Sequence record: NC_031928.1
Reading direction: 5' to 3' (one strand)
Length of the DNA: 64,000 bases
Origin: Escherichia phage WG01
Numbering within the stretch: the stretch's first letter is position 1; each line of letters starts with the position of its first letter. This document shows positions 50,833 to 61,173 of this stretch, piece by piece. The translations under genes were made by a program, and so were the position numbers. The notes below the pieces were generated by a model that made no database searches, was not told where the DNA came from, and saw only the letters and a program-made list of their open reading frames with translations.

Positions 50833-53800
50833 ATGGCTACTTTAAAGCAAATCCAATTTAAAAGAAGTAAAGTAGCCGGTGTACGTCCGGCACCGGCCCA
50901 GTTGGCTGAAGGCGAACTGGCTATTAACTTAAAGGACCGTTTACTTTTTACTAAAGACGATACTGGAGCGATTATCGACCTTGGCTTTGCTAAGGGTGGA
51001 AATATCGATGGTAATGTTATTCATAAAGGCAATTACAACCAAACCGGCGATTATACACTTAATGGTGTATTTACTCAAATTGGTGATTTCAATCTCAATG
51101 GTATTGCTCGTGTAACTCGTGACATTATTGCCGCTGGCCAGATAATGACCGAAGGCGGCGAGCTTATTTCTAAGAGCGCCTCAACTTCTCACCTTCGTTT
51201 CTTTGATGGTGATGATCGTGAACGTGGTATTATCTTTTCTCCAAATAATGCGGGTCTTACCAATCAAGTAGTTAATATTCGCGTCCAAGATTACGCTGCA
51301 GGAAGTGAAAGCACCTACGCGTTTTCAGGCAATGGTGTATTTTCTTCACCAGAAGTTTTTGGGTGGAAATCTGTATCAACTCCGGTAATTTATACCAATA
51401 AAGTTATTACTAATAAAAAGGTTAAAGGTGATTATGACATCTATTCGTTGGCTGACAACACTCCATTTGAAGAAGGCGAAACGGCTATTAACCACCTCCG
51501 TGTTATGCGAAATGCTGTAGGAGCAGGTATTTTCCACGAAGTTAATGTTAATGACGGAATAACCTGGTATTCCGGAGATGGCTTAGACACTTATCTTTGG
51601 TCGTTTAACTGGGCCGGTGGATTGAAAGCCGGTCATTCTATTTCTGTAGGTCTTCCAGGTGGTTCTAAAGGATATTCTGAATTAGGAACTGCATCAATTG
51701 CTCTTGGTGATAATGACACCGGGTTAAAATGGCACCAAGATGGTTATTTCTTTAGTGTAAACAACGGCACAAGAACTTTCCTGAGCGGCCCTGCAGAAAC
51801 CACCAGTCTTAGAAAAATGGTTATGGGTTATTCTGTAAACGGTACCGATTTAACCACTCCTCCGTCGGAAAACTATGCTTTGGCGACGGTTGTCACTTAT
51901 CATGATAATAACGCGTATGGCGACGGTCAAACTCTTTTAGGTTATTATCAAGGTGGCAATTATCACCACTATTTCCGTGGTAAAGGTACTACAAACGTTA
52001 ACACCGCTGGTGGTTTGTTAGTTACTCCGGGTAATATTGATGTTGTTGGCGGTTCGGTTAATATTGATGGCCGCAACAATGCTTCTACACTAATGTTCAG
52101 AGGAAATACTACAGGAAGTAGTTCAGTTGATAATATGACTATCGCCGTTTGGGGTAATACCTTTACTAATGTTGATGGTGACCGTAAAAACGTAATGGAA
52201 ATATCTGATGCCACTAGTTGGATGTGGTATATTCAGCGCAAAACCGATGACAAAGTTGAAGCCCATTTAAACGGTGCCTTACGTGTAAATGGAAGCATCG
52301 ACGTCGGCAGAGAAGTTAACGTCTCCGGCACTATTGCTGGTAATGCGGTCAATGCTCTTAGAATTTGGAACGACGACTACGGTGCCATTTTCCGCCGTTC
52401 GGAAGGAAGTCTTCATATTATTCCTACCGCCTTTGGCGAAGGTAAAACTGGTGATATCGGACCACTTCGTCCATTTAGTTTGGCATTAGATACTGGTAAG
52501 GTTGTTATTCCTGACCTGGATTTGAGTCATACAACTTTTGCTGAAAATGGTTTTATTAAATTTGGCGGTCATGGTGCAGGTGCAGGTGGTTATGATATTC
52601 AATATGCACAAGCAGCTCCTATTTTCCAAGAAATTGATGATGACGCAGTAAGTAAATATTATCCTATTGTTAAGCAGAAATTCTTACAAGGAAAAGCTGT
52701 TTGGTCTTTAGGTACTGAAATTAATTCCGGGACTTTTGTTTTGCATCATTACAAAGAAGACGGGACCCAAGGTCATACATCAAGATTTAATGCTGATGGT
52801 ACAGTTAATTTCCCGGATAACGTACAGGTCGGTGGTGGTGAAGCTACTATTGCTAGAAATGGTAATATTTTCTCTGATATTTGGAACGGATTTAATGGTG
52901 CAGGTAATATAACTAACATTCGCGATGCCATTGCTACTCGTGTTTCTAAAGAAGGTGACACGATGACAGGCCGCTTAACTCTTAAAACCAACTCAGATGC
53001 CGTGGTTATTGATTATCCAGCAGATGAAGCAGGTTATGTTAAGGGTAAAAAAGGTGGTGTTGATAACTGGTATGTAGGTAATGGTGGTGCTGATAATGGT
53101 TTAGCCTTCTGGAGCTTCCAATCCCAAGGCGGTATTAATATTAACCCGAATGGTGAGGTTATTCTATCTCCACAGGGCACTAGTATATTCAGTATAAACC
53201 GCGACCGCATCTATATGAACGGTGCCCACTGGGTTGCGCGTAAATCTGGTGCGTGGGGCGACCAATGGGGTTTAGAAGCACCTTATTTCCTTGAGTTTGG
53301 TAGCGTGGGTGAAGACAGTTATTATCCCATTATTAAAGGCCGATCTGTAATTAGTGGTCAGGGTTATACTACTTCTGTTGAATTAGGCATGCGTCGTACT
53401 CCACAACAATGGGGACAAGCTATAATTCGTGTTGGCAACGCTGAACGTGGCGACGGTCCCGTAGGTATTTTCGAATTCCACTCTAGTGGTAGATTTTACT
53501 CCCCGTCTTCAGTCCAGACCCCTTCAATTTCTGTCAATACTGATAATGGATTGGGCGCTTCTAGTATTGCTATTGGTGATAACGACACAGGTTTAGTCCA
53601 TGGTGGTGACGGCCGAATTAATATGTATGCCAATAGTATGCATATTGCAAGCTGGGGAGCCGGTTACCATATCCATGAAGGTCTTTGGGATACCACTGGT
53701 GCCTTGTGGACTGAAACAGGAAGAGCTATTATTTCTTTTGGTCATTTAGTCCAACAAAACGATAGCTATTCAACATTTGTTCGTGACGTTTATGTTCGTT

Positions 53801-54135
53801 CTGATATTCGTGTTAAAAAAGACCTTGTTAAATTTGAAAATGCTTCACAGACACTTTCAAAAATTAACGGTTACACTTATATGCAGAAACGTGGCCTGGA
53901 TGAAGAAGGTAATCAGAAATGGGAACCTAATGCCGGTTTAATTGCTCAAGAAGTTCAAGCTATTTTACCTGAATTGGTTGAAGGCGACCCTGACGGTGAA
54001 GCTTTACTTCGTTTAAACTATAACGGTGTAATTGGTTTAAATACAGCTGCAATCAATGAGCACACTGCAGAAATAGCAGAATTGAAATCAGAGATTGAAG
54101 AACTTAAAGCACTAATTAAATCATTGTTAAAATAA
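50833..54135 (+). CDS. 37: Long tail fibre distal subunit gp37 with C-terminal intramolecular chaperone-like domain
   Basis: 1100 aa; C-terminal ~110 aa (SDIRVKKDL...[15 protein letters not shown]...coiled coil) resembles the S74/endosialidase-chaperone fold. Confidence 0.88.
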   Translation: MATLKQIQFKRSKVAGVRPAPAQLAEGELAINLKDRLLFTKDDTGAIIDLGFAKGGNIDGNVIHKGNYNQTGDYTLNGVFTQIGDFNLNGIARVTRDIIAAGQIMTEGGELISKSASTSHLRFFDGDDRERGIIFSPNNAGLTNQVVNIRVQDYAAGSESTYAFSGNGVFSSPEVFGWKSVSTPVIYTNKVITNKKVKGDYDIYSLADNTPFEEGETAINHLRVMRNAVGAGIFHEVNVNDGITWYSGDGLDTYLWSFNWAGGLKAGHSISVGLPGGSKGYSELGTASIALGDNDTGLKWHQDGYFFSVNNGTRTFLSGPAETTSLRKMVMGYSVNGTDLTTPPSENYALATVVTYHDNNAYGDGQTLLGYYQGGNYHHYFRGKGTTNVNTAGGLLVTPGNIDVVGGSVNIDGRNNASTLMFRGNTTGSSSVDNMTIAVWGNTFTNVDGDRKNVMEISDATSWMWYIQRKTDDKVEAHLNGALRVNGSIDVGREVNVSGTIAGNAVNALRIWNDDYGAIFRRSEGSLHIIPTAFGEGKTGDIGPLRPFSLALDTGKVVIPDLDLSHTTFAENGFIKFGGHGAGAGGYDIQYAQAAPIFQEIDDDAVSKYYPIVKQKFLQGKAVWSLGTEINSGTFVLHHYKEDGTQGHTSRFNADGTVNFPDNVQVGGGEATIARNGNIFSDIWNGFNGAGNITNIRDAIATRVSKEGDTMTGRLTLKTNSDAVVIDYPADEAGYVKGKKGGVDNWYVGNGGADNGLAFWSFQSQGGININPNGEVILSPQGTSIFSINRDRIYMNGAHWVARKSGAWGDQWGLEAPYFLEFGSVGEDSYYPIIKGRSVISGQGYTTSVELGMRRTPQQWGQAIIRVGNAERGDGPVGIFEFHSSGRFYSPSSVQTPSISVNTDNGLGASSIAIGDNDTGLVHGGDGRINMYANSMHIASWGAGYHIHEGLWDTTGALWTETGRAIISFGHLVQQNDSYSTFVRDVYVRSDIRVKKDLVKFENASQTLSKINGYTYMQKRGLDEEGNQKWEPNAGLIAQEVQAILPELVEGDPDGEALLRLNYNGVIGLNTAAINEHTAEIAELKSEIEELKALIKSLLK

Positions 54136-54139
54136 TAAG

Positions 54140-54155
54140 AGGGGCTTAGGCCCCT
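54140..54155 (+). terminator. Hairpin between genes 37 and 38
   Basis: GGGGC-UUAG-GCCCC immediately followed by SD GGAGG for gp38. Confidence 0.4.
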
Positions 54156-54166
54156 TGGAGGTTTAT

Positions 54167-54964
54167 ATGGCAGTTGGAGGACCGTGGGTAGGATCGTCTG
54201 CAGTAGCTAATACAGGACAAAATTGGATGGGCGGCGCCGCTCAACGATTGAGAATGGGTATTCCGTTTTGGATGAGTAATATGAACGGTCGGTCTGTTGA
54301 AGTAATTCACACCATAACAGCAAACCATAATTTTAATGGCCAGTGGTTCCGCGACCGCTGTTTTGAAGCAGGCAGCGCACCTATTGTGTTTAATATCACA
54401 GGCGATATAGTATCTTACGACCGTAATGTTCCATTGTTCTTTATGAATGCCGACACACCTAATGAATATGTCAATTTGACTATTCATGGAGGCGTGCATA
54501 TGTGGGGCCGAGGCGGCCACGGTGGGTGGACCCATTCAGGTGGCGACGGTAACGGTCAATGGGGCGGTGATTGTATAGTCAACCATATAGGTCATAGACT
54601 ACGTATTTGGAACTATGGGGTTATCTGTGGCGGTGGCGGTGGTGGTGGTGGCATTGCGTATCGTCCTCACTCAGGTGCTAACTGGCAAGATATCGGTGGT
54701 GGTGGTGGACGTCCATTTGGTCCTGGTGGCGGTGGTGGATACTCCGGTGGTGGTGCTTCTTATGAAAGCCCTGGCGGTGGATACGATTATGGTAATGCCC
54801 ACTCAGGTCGTGGCGGTGATGCTGGCGGCGCTGGCGGCAACGCATGGAATGATGGTGGTAAAGTTCTTAAAGTTGGGGCTGGGGGCGGTTCTGGGGCTGC
54901 TGTTGCCGTTTCTGCTCCTGCATGGGGCGCGACAGGTACGATTTACGGTCCTTGGCTTAGTTAA
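54167..54964 (+). CDS. 38: gp38 tail-fibre tip adhesin, T2-type with glycine-rich motifs
   Basis: Start [13 protein letters not shown]; [25 protein letters not shown]; several poly-Gly tracts (GGGGGGGG, GGGGG) separated by variable segments. Confidence 0.85.
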   Translation: MAVGGPWVGSSAVANTGQNWMGGAAQRLRMGIPFWMSNMNGRSVEVIHTITANHNFNGQWFRDRCFEAGSAPIVFNITGDIVSYDRNVPLFFMNADTPNEYVNLTIHGGVHMWGRGGHGGWTHSGGDGNGQWGGDCIVNHIGHRLRIWNYGVICGGGGGGGGIAYRPHSGANWQDIGGGGGRPFGPGGGGGYSGGGASYESPGGGYDYGNAHSGRGGDAGGAGGNAWNDGGKVLKVGAGGGSGAAVAVSAPAWGATGTIYGPWLS

Positions 54965-54969
54965 GAATT

Positions 54970-54977
54970 TATAAATA
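54970..54977 (+). promoter_or_regulatory. T4 late promoter TATAAATA for holin gene t
   Basis: Exact TATAAATA 19 nt upstream of t ATG. Confidence 0.6.
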
Positions 54978-54995
54978 TCTTTAAAGGAGAAAAGT

Positions 54996-55649
54996 ATGGA
55001 ACCAAAAGTAGGAATATCATTATCAGACCTACTTTTTGGACTTCTTGATAGAATTTTTAAAGATACTTCTTCCGGGAAAGTAGTTTTTTCCCGGGTCCTA
55101 GTCGTGATATTATTGTTCTTTATGGCATTGGTTTGGTATAAAGGCGAGTATATTCTAAACTTTTATAAAGAGACTACTTATGCCTCTTATACTGAAATGA
55201 TTAGACAAGACCAGGACAATAGATTTAAAATTGCGGCTATCGAGCAGCTCCGAATAGTGCATTCTTCTTCAGGCGCAGACTTCACAGCAATATATTCTTT
55301 TAGACCAACCAACATGAATTATTTTGTGGATATGGTGGCTTACGAGGGTAAATTACCGGAAACGGTAGACGCAAAAAATACGGGAGGGTTTCCAATTGAC
55401 AAAACGTCAGTAGAATATATGGCGGGAGTTAACGGGAACTATTTTGAATCAAGTACCGAAACTGTATTCCTTCCTACAAAGAAGAAAACACAATTCACGT
55501 ATATGTTTTCATGCCCGTTTTTTAATTTGGATAACGTCTACGCCGGCTCGATATCGTTGTACTGGTATGATATCAAACCGGATTTAGGATTTCCTAGACT
55601 TTCGTCTATGTGCGGTCAGGCTGGGAGGACATTAGGTCGAACACGTTAG
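54996..55649 (+). CDS. t: Holin T
   Basis: 217 aa; DLLFGLLDRIFKDTSSGKVVFSRVLVVILLFFMALVWYKG and YSFRPTNMNYFVDMVAYEGKLP match remembered T4 holin; single N-terminal TMD. Confidence 0.93.
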   Translation: MEPKVGISLSDLLFGLLDRIFKDTSSGKVVFSRVLVVILLFFMALVWYKGEYILNFYKETTYASYTEMIRQDQDNRFKIAAIEQLRIVHSSSGADFTAIYSFRPTNMNYFVDMVAYEGKLPETVDAKNTGGFPIDKTSVEYMAGVNGNYFESSTETVFLPTKKKTQFTYMFSCPFFNLDNVYAGSISLYWYDIKPDLGFPRLSSMCGQAGRTLGRTR

Positions 55650-55921
55650 AAATTGGAGGTATACATCATTAAGTAACGGTGTATATCTTCATACCCTTCA
55701 TTAAATTGCTCAATAAGAGTGTCACGTTCATCTTCAGTTAATGACTTAAATAATTTGTTATAAGACAAACCATTAAGTTCCTTTCCATGTTCATTACGAA
55801 TACCCAACTCATTCAAAAAGGCAATAAACTCATCACGACGTTGCATGATGTCTTCACAATCCGTTTTAATCAAAATGGAAACAATAGTAGCAATTTCGGA
55901 AACAATTTCAATTTTAGTCAT
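55646..55921 (-). CDS. asiA: AsiA anti-sigma-70 factor
   Basis: 91 aa; IATIVSILIK...FIAFLNELGI...LIEQFNEGYEDIHRYLMMYT matches remembered T4 AsiA. Confidence 0.9.
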   Translation of the reverse strand: MTKIEIVSEIATIVSILIKTDCEDIMQRRDEFIAFLNELGIRNEHGKELNGLSYNKLFKSLTEDERDTLIEQFNEGYEDIHRYLMMYTSNF

Positions 55922-55962
55922 AATATTCTCTTCAATTCAGTACGCCATTATCTGATAGGGCT

Positions 55963-55991
55963 ATACTAACATATCCTTAGGGATTGTAAAC
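55963..55991 (-). promoter_or_regulatory. T4-type early promoter for asiA
   Basis: Minus GTTTAC, 17 nt, TAGTAT, leader AGCCCTATCAGATAATGG. Confidence 0.5.
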
Positions 55992-56224
55992 ATGTTCTTC
56001 GTTCTTTTTAACATATTCCTGATACATCTCTTCTATTGGTTCCTGGAACTTAAAATCAGCTCCCAGGAATTCCTCAAAGCCCTCCTGCTCACGTGTACGC
56101 ATGCCTGTTACTGTATTCTCTAAGTTATGACTCATAGCCTTTACCCTTATGTTTCTGCTTACGTTTAGACTCTTTAAGATTTTTCTTCTTGTCCTTATGG
56201 ACAGAAGCCTTATTGAAATCGTGC

Positions 56225-56506
56225 TTAGCTACCAGATTGTTCACGTAATTTCCTTAATTGATATTCAAGAGAGCTGATAATTTCTTTATTAGTTGCAATA
56301 TACATATCACGTAGGAACGGCTTCAACCCTTCCATATTACCATGGATTGTCTTAGAACTAATATTCTTTATATATTCGTGGTCTAAAGCATCCCAAGCCG
56401 GTTGGTTGACATAAGTTCCCCAGTTGTCTTCCAGCATGACATTAAGACGTTTAACATGATTAATATGGGTTTCGATTGCATCGATTTGAAGTTGTTTAAG
56501 ATTCAT
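56225..56506 (-). CDS. Hypothetical protein (93 aa); Arn-sized, function unverified
   Basis: ORF in asiA-motA interval where T4 carries arn (92 aa); sequence not recognised. Confidence 0.45.
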   Translation of the reverse strand: MNLKQLQIDAIETHINHVKRLNVMLEDNWGTYVNQPAWDALDHEYIKNISSKTIHGNMEGLKPFLRDMYIATNKEIISSLEYQLRKLREQSGS

Positions 56507-56994
56507 TAGTAAAGGTCCTCAGAGTAAAGTTCTTTTTCACTACCACCACGTTCAATACGAACTTGATTAGCATAAGTCGCAATAATCATTGCTTCTTCGC
56601 GAGTCCAATAATTACCATATTGGTCGACAAAGCCTTGGTCATCATCACAGACAAATCGTGTTACCAATTTATCTTCAACCGCCTTGATAACCGCACCCAT
56701 ATCTTTAGAGTAATGACGTGTCGCAGGAATAACCAGAGTTCCACCATCTTTTAACTTAAAACGGTTTGCAGCACACACAATTCGACGCTGGAATTTTTGG
56801 TCTTCGCACCAATGAGCGATTTGCCAACAGATTTCAGGAACCTCTTCCAAAACATCCTCTTCTGTATATTCGGTGTAATCGCCATAAGCCCGTAATTTAG
56901 CTGCTAGACTTTCAGGCGTCTCACGAGAAAGAGCTTTATCTAATAAAGCCATACGGTCTTTAAAGGATAATGCTTTACCTTTTAATAGATTCAT
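56506..56994 (-). CDS. Hypothetical protein (162 aa)
   Basis: ORF with overlapping start/stop with neighbours. Confidence 0.5.
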   Translation of the reverse strand: MNLLKGKALSFKDRMALLDKALSRETPESLAAKLRAYGDYTEYTEEDVLEEVPEICWQIAHWCEDQKFQRRIVCAANRFKLKDGGTLVIPATRHYSKDMGAVIKAVEDKLVTRFVCDDDQGFVDQYGNYWTREEAMIIATYANQVRIERGGSEKELYSEDLY

Positions 56995-57338
56995 TTGAAA
57001 ATCACCTTATGACCATTATCTTTAGCAAATTCTTGAATTTTGGTGGCAGTTTCAATTAAATCACCTTTATAATAGGATGATAATTTAATATTAACTGTTT
57101 GGCCCTCGCCATACGAAGTTATATTTACCTTTTCAATAAAAATAATCTCAAGAAATCGTAATAACTGCATACCAAATTCAAGATAAACGTTATCAATCTG
57201 GAGATCGAGTTGGTAAATTTTCTTAATACCGCTTACCAAAGCTACACGCTCGTCCCAATCATTACGTTGTTCTTCAATCAATTTAAGGGAATGACCTTCA
57301 CCGTCCCAGTTAAGTTCCATCGGAATCATTTGAACCAT
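56991..57338 (-). CDS. Hypothetical protein (115 aa)
   Basis: ORF, translationally coupled to neighbours. Confidence 0.5.
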   Translation of the reverse strand: MVQMIPMELNWDGEGHSLKLIEEQRNDWDERVALVSGIKKIYQLDLQIDNVYLEFGMQLLRFLEIIFIEKVNITSYGEGQTVNIKLSSYYKGDLIETATKIQEFAKDNGHKVIFK

Positions 57339-57655
57339 CCTTTAACACGTTGCCATAAAGTTTTCTGTTGAGCTTTATTTACACCAATTGAACGAATAAC
57401 AGGTTGTGATTCCTGGTATTCTTTGTAGTCTGCTTGGTACACCTCACCAGCAGCATCAACGAAAGAACCTAATGCCGCCATAAAAGTATCACGAGAACCG
57501 TATGGAGCGCCTGAATCATTACGGACGATTAAGTATTTACCGACTTTAACCTTTATGATACTTCCAAGATAAGCACCGTGATACCAGATATCCCAACCTT
57601 CTTGGGTGTTTTCTTTACAACGCTGTAATTCACACAGAATATTAAACTTGTTCAT
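57326..57655 (-). CDS. Hypothetical protein (109 aa), motA.1 position
   Basis: ORF immediately downstream of motA. Confidence 0.5.
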   Translation of the reverse strand: MNKFNILCELQRCKENTQEGWDIWYHGAYLGSIIKVKVGKYLIVRNDSGAPYGSRDTFMAALGSFVDAAGEVYQADYKEYQESQPVIRSIGVNKAQQKTLWQRVKGWFK

Positions 57656-57669
57656 AATAATTTCCTCAG

Positions 57670-58305
57670 TCAGATAATTGCGTTGGTTACGGTTTTGATA
57701 ACTTCAGATGATACATTTTGGAAGTCGATATAAGTATTCTTACCACCGGTCTTAATCTTAACATCAAGATTCAAGGAAGTAAACACTTGTTTTTCTTTAT
57801 CGGTCATATTATAACCGAAGATGCGCATCATTCCGTCACGACGGACTTCAATTTGACGAATACCATTGGTACGTTTGGCGAATCGAACTTCAAGGTTGCT
57901 ACGGTTTTCAGCAATTTCACGAATCTCGATACGGTCTTCTAATAAAGCTTTAACTTCATCAGCCAGTGTTACCATTTCAGGAGTAACACCACGTGAACTA
58001 CGCGTTTTACGTTTTTCCAACATCTCTGGAGCATTTTCAGAAGCGAACAAGTCAGCAGCTTTTTGAACTAGGTCCATTGCTTCACCTGTAGCCACTAGTC
58101 CGTCACCAGATTTTTCGATGAATCCTTTCTTAATTAATACACCGATATTAGAGTTAACTACCGCAGCACTAAATTGCTCACTCAGGGCTTCACGGACTTC
58201 GCCTGAAGTGATGAAGTTATGCTTGATGATATGTACTAAGATCGAAGCCGTTTTTTCATTCAGGGCGTCTTCAGAAGCTTTGATGATATAAGTAATTTTA
58301 GACAT
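57670..58305 (-). CDS. motA: MotA middle-transcription activator
   Basis: 211 aa; MSKITYIIKASEDALNEKTASILV...VVNSNIGVLIKKGFIEKSGDGL closely matches remembered T4 MotA. Confidence 0.95.
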   Translation of the reverse strand: MSKITYIIKASEDALNEKTASILVHIIKHNFITSGEVREALSEQFSAAVVNSNIGVLIKKGFIEKSGDGLVATGEAMDLVQKAADLFASENAPEMLEKRKTRSSRGVTPEMVTLADEVKALLEDRIEIREIAENRSNLEVRFAKRTNGIRQIEVRRDGMMRIFGYNMTDKEKQVFTSLNLDVKIKTGGKNTYIDFQNVSSEVIKTVTNAII

Positions 58306-58340
58306 TTTGTATCTCCGATAACCATTTATTTGATAGGTCT

Positions 58341-58369
58341 ATAGTATCATGTTTAAAGCAGATGTAAAC
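58341..58369 (-). promoter_or_regulatory. T4-type early promoter for motA
   Basis: Minus GTTTAC, 17 nt, TACTAT, leader AGACCTATCAAATAAATGG. Confidence 0.55.
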
Positions 58370-58392
58370 TCTTTTTGCACTAAACCTAAAAA

Positions 58393-58412
58393 AAGGAACC
58401 CGAAGGTTCCTT
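58393..58412 (-). terminator. Rho-independent terminator
   Basis: AAGGAACC-UUCG-GGUUCCUU followed by U7 on minus strand. Confidence 0.65.
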
Positions 58413-58515
58413 ACTTTTTAAAGTTGGCTGCTATTAAACCTATAGCTAAGCCTGTCGCCAGGCCTAGGATAACAGCAAAGATACAGAGTAACAAGAACTC
58501 GACTCCAAGGCTCAT
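58411..58515 (-). CDS. Small hydrophobic membrane peptide (34 aa)
   Basis: Translated by hand: MSLGVEFLLLCIFAVILGLATGLAIGLIAANFKK; ATG overlaps gene 52 stop (ATGA); not in ORF track. Confidence 0.45.
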   Translation of the reverse strand: MSLGVEFLLLCIFAVILGLATGLAIGLIAANFKK

Positions 58516-59891
58516 AGAGCCTCCAAATCTTTAACATACTCAGTTACAACATCAGTGGTTTTCCAATATTGATGCTCTTCTTTCTTAGCCTTGGCTTCCA
58601 AAGCCAGTTTCTTGGCTTCATCAGAAGTGATATGGAAAATGTTCATGGCCACTAGTTTATCAGCGTATTCGCCATAGACTTTATTACTAGCCAATTCTTC
58701 GGTTAAAACCTTGCGAGTCTTACCTTGGATAACCACTACACCATCAATAACATCTTTGATGAATGTGGCTTTAGCCAATGCCAGTTTGAAAGCTTCTTCA
58801 GTTTCGATGATTTTACCATCAATACGTTTCTGTACAAAGGTCTTACGGACCTCAACGAAATCACGAATCAGTTCAACTGCATCTTCGTAAACCTTAAGTT
58901 TACCTTTCTCATTAATGACAGTCAGGTTTTGTGAACGGCGTTCAATTAACCCGAAGTCCTTCATGATTTTTTCATGCTTCTTGTTTTCATCAGTAGGCAA
59001 TTCGTATTCTTTACGAATCTTAACCTTGAAGCCAAAACCGTTCTCGTCACAGTCATCATCATATGTGATATACCCTTTGTCTTCCAGAGGGTCTAATACC
59101 TTAGCCACATATGTTTCACGGTCGTATTTGTATGGGATTTCCGTGATATGCATTTGGGTTCGAGATGTGAACTTATACGTTCCACGAATCTCATAACTAC
59201 CAGGTTCAATCTCAACAACTTCACCACGGAATTCAGGATAAGCCACTTTAGGTTTGGTTACTCGTTTTTCCTGAAGAACTTGCAATACAGCTTTCTTAAC
59301 AGAATCAAAACTATGAGGAAGAATATTAGTTGCATAACCAGTTGCAATACCGGAAATACCATTAAGAAGAACAGTAGGAATAATAGGCAGATAAAAAGCC
59401 GGTGGCTTATGTTCGACATCCGCATGAACCGGAGCATATTCTATGTCCTTATAAACTTTTGCAAAGTTACTTCCGATACGAGCAAAAATATAACGAGAGG
59501 CTGCAGCCTTTTGAACCAATCGAGAACCGAAGTTACCTTGACCGTCTAACAATGGATAGTTGTTGTTCCATGTGTTAGCCATCAAAGCCCCTGCTTCCTG
59601 AGCAGAACCTTCACCATGGTGATATCCAAGGTCGGCTACGCCACCAGCAATAGAAGCTAGTTTGTGGAATTTTTCTTTATTACCACGAGCCATATCAAGA
59701 CAACGAGCAACTACAAAACGTTGTACAGGTTTAAAGCCGTCAATCATATTTGGAATGGCTCGGTTTTCGACAGTATACATTGCATAAGCCAATGCTTCGT
59801 TGTCGATAATACTTTTTAAGTCACGACGAGTGAAAGAATCATCGTAAACATCTAAAGCCTGTTTAAAAAGGGTATCAATTACATCAGCCAT
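58512..59891 (-). CDS. 52: DNA topoisomerase II medium subunit gp52
   Basis: 459 aa; AIPNMIDGFKPVQRFVV and catalytic-Tyr region AASRYIFARI typical of gp52/GyrA-like. Confidence 0.93.
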   Translation of the reverse strand: MADVIDTLFKQALDVYDDSFTRRDLKSIIDNEALAYAMYTVENRAIPNMIDGFKPVQRFVVARCLDMARGNKEKFHKLASIAGGVADLGYHHGEGSAQEAGALMANTWNNNYPLLDGQGNFGSRLVQKAAASRYIFARIGSNFAKVYKDIEYAPVHADVEHKPPAFYLPIIPTVLLNGISGIATGYATNILPHSFDSVKKAVLQVLQEKRVTKPKVAYPEFRGEVVEIEPGSYEIRGTYKFTSRTQMHITEIPYKYDRETYVAKVLDPLEDKGYITYDDDCDENGFGFKVKIRKEYELPTDENKKHEKIMKDFGLIERRSQNLTVINEKGKLKVYEDAVELIRDFVEVRKTFVQKRIDGKIIETEEAFKLALAKATFIKDVIDGVVVIQGKTRKVLTEELASNKVYGEYADKLVAMNIFHITSDEAKKLALEAKAKKEEHQYWKTTDVVTEYVKDLEAL

Positions 59892-59895
59892 AATT

Positions 59896-60036
59896 TTACC
59901 ATACTAGTGAATGAATAGCCATAATAACATCGGAAATAAAAAGCACAACTTGGATAAGTCCGAACATTACTCCGTAATACAGCGCTACTAATAAAGCAGC
60001 AAGGGCTAACGAGTAGCCCAGGATTTTATTAATCAT
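59896..60036 (-). CDS. Small hydrophobic membrane peptide (46 aa from MINKILGYSL)
   Basis: Internal ATG of track ORF 59896..60084; start overlaps the stop of the upstream 54-aa peptide gene. Confidence 0.4.
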   Translation of the reverse strand: MINKILGYSLALAALLVALYYGVMFGLIQVVLFISDVIMAIHSLVW

Positions 60037-60190
60037 TTTTAATCGTCTTAAGTAAACCGACAAAAGTAGAAAGAACCCAACCAATAAGCAGAAAACTTAA
60101 GAATATCGGACCAGGGGTCCACACACCTAAAAAGAAGCAAACTGAACAGACTATAGCCATAATAAGTTCAATAAAAACTAGGATAACCAT
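60026..60190 (-). CDS. Small hydrophobic membrane peptide (54 aa)
   Basis: Translated by hand: MVILVFIELIMAIVCSVCFFLGVWTPGPIFLSFLLIGWVLSTFVGLLKTIKND; SD GAGGAAAAT; not in ORF track. Confidence 0.4.
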
Positions 60191-60202
60191 ATTTTCCTCA
60201 TT

Positions 60203-60217
60203 AGCGTCCGAAGACGC
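60203..60217 (-). terminator. UUCG hairpin downstream of ndd
   Basis: GGCGUC-UUCG-GACGC between ndd stop and the small peptide gene. Confidence 0.4.
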
Positions 60218-60277
60218 CTTTAGTTTTAAGATTGTTACGATAGAACTGCATCACATGCTCGTTATGGAAATTACTCA

Positions 60278-60727
60278 TTAGTAAGCCTGCAGGATGAATT
60301 TAAAGTTATCAGCCAACATACGGTTCATTTCTTCCAGTGTCTGGAGGTCGGAACTATGATTACGAGTGAAAGCCATTGCAATTTGACCCTTACCAAAACC
60401 TGTAGTCAGGGGTTTCATCTTAGAAGCCGGTACATAAAGAACTTCATACACAACACCGTTCACTGCCATAGTGCGAGCTGATTGAGAACGTTTCTTACGA
60501 ATGTTAGCCACGATACCGTCGAGCCCTTGGGCCGAACGTTGATTACCGACATAAAAACGAGCCGCTACGACACGAGAATCAGCACCACCTTTAACAAAGA
60601 AGTAGAAGCCTGGTTGAGCAGAGATTTCTTTAGAAGGTTTACCATTTTGGTATTCACCGTTCTTAACATAAGCAACAGTAGTAGCACCAGCAGACAGAAC
60701 GTTACGGCGAGTCATATAAGTATTCAT
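60278..60727 (-). CDS. ndd: Ndd nucleoid disruption protein
   Basis: 149 aa; C-terminal half [47 protein letters not shown] matches remembered T4 Ndd. Confidence 0.93.
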
Positions 60728-60776
60728 ATCAATTTCCTCAGTAGATTAATGTTTTGTTATCCGGTCAACGAGAACC

Positions 60777-60805
60777 ATTATAACATGATTCTCGAGGTTG
60801 TAAAC
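60777..60805 (-). promoter_or_regulatory. T4-type early promoter for ndd
   Basis: Minus GTTTAC, 17 nt, TATAAT, SD GAGGAAAT. Confidence 0.5.
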
Positions 60806-61173
60806 TATTTTTGTAGCTGTTCTAAAATAAATCCGCTGGTGTAAAGGCTTGCATTATACAGGCGGTCAAGAGACAACGAATCCAATCCATAAGCTTCGCG
60901 AATTGCATTGATAGCACTCTCATAACTTGTATAATAAACATCGCGATAATCGCGGTCCATAGTCATGCGGAACTTAATAAATTTGTAGAAACCAGTTTCA
61001 GGGTCCTGATAGAATGCAAATTCTGCAGACGCTAAATTTTTAAGGTTAACAGCTTTTGTGTCGCCTGAATAACTTAAATCAAATGTTTCTGACATGCTAA
61101 TCTGTTTAAAGAACATAATGTTGCGATTACCAAAAAATAATTTAGACATAATATTTTCCTTATTCAGCGTCAA
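60805..61173 (-). CDS. Hypothetical protein (122 aa), ndd.x position
   Basis: ORF upstream of ndd. Confidence 0.5.
   Translation of the reverse strand: MTLNKENIMSKLFFGNRNIMFFKQISMSETFDLSYSGDTKAVNLKNLASAEFAFYQDPETGFYKFIKFRMTMDRDYRDVYYTSYESAINAIREAYGLDSLSLDRLYNASLYTSGFILEQLQK

Noticed and set aside
54600-54900. Short tandem GGT/GGC repeats considered as a CRISPR-like or microsatellite array
   Set aside because: They are in-frame glycine codons of the gp38 glycine-rich motifs; there are no spacer-repeat units.
54615-54974. 119-aa alternative-frame ORF within gp38
   Set aside because: Arises from the GGT/GGC codon runs encoding the poly-Gly motifs; the Val-rich low-complexity product is a frame artifact.
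58349-58534. 61-aa plus-strand ORF near the gene 52 / motA boundary
   Set aside because: Lies antisense to the hydrophobic small peptide gene and a terminator hairpin; Lys/Pro-rich translation without start signals.
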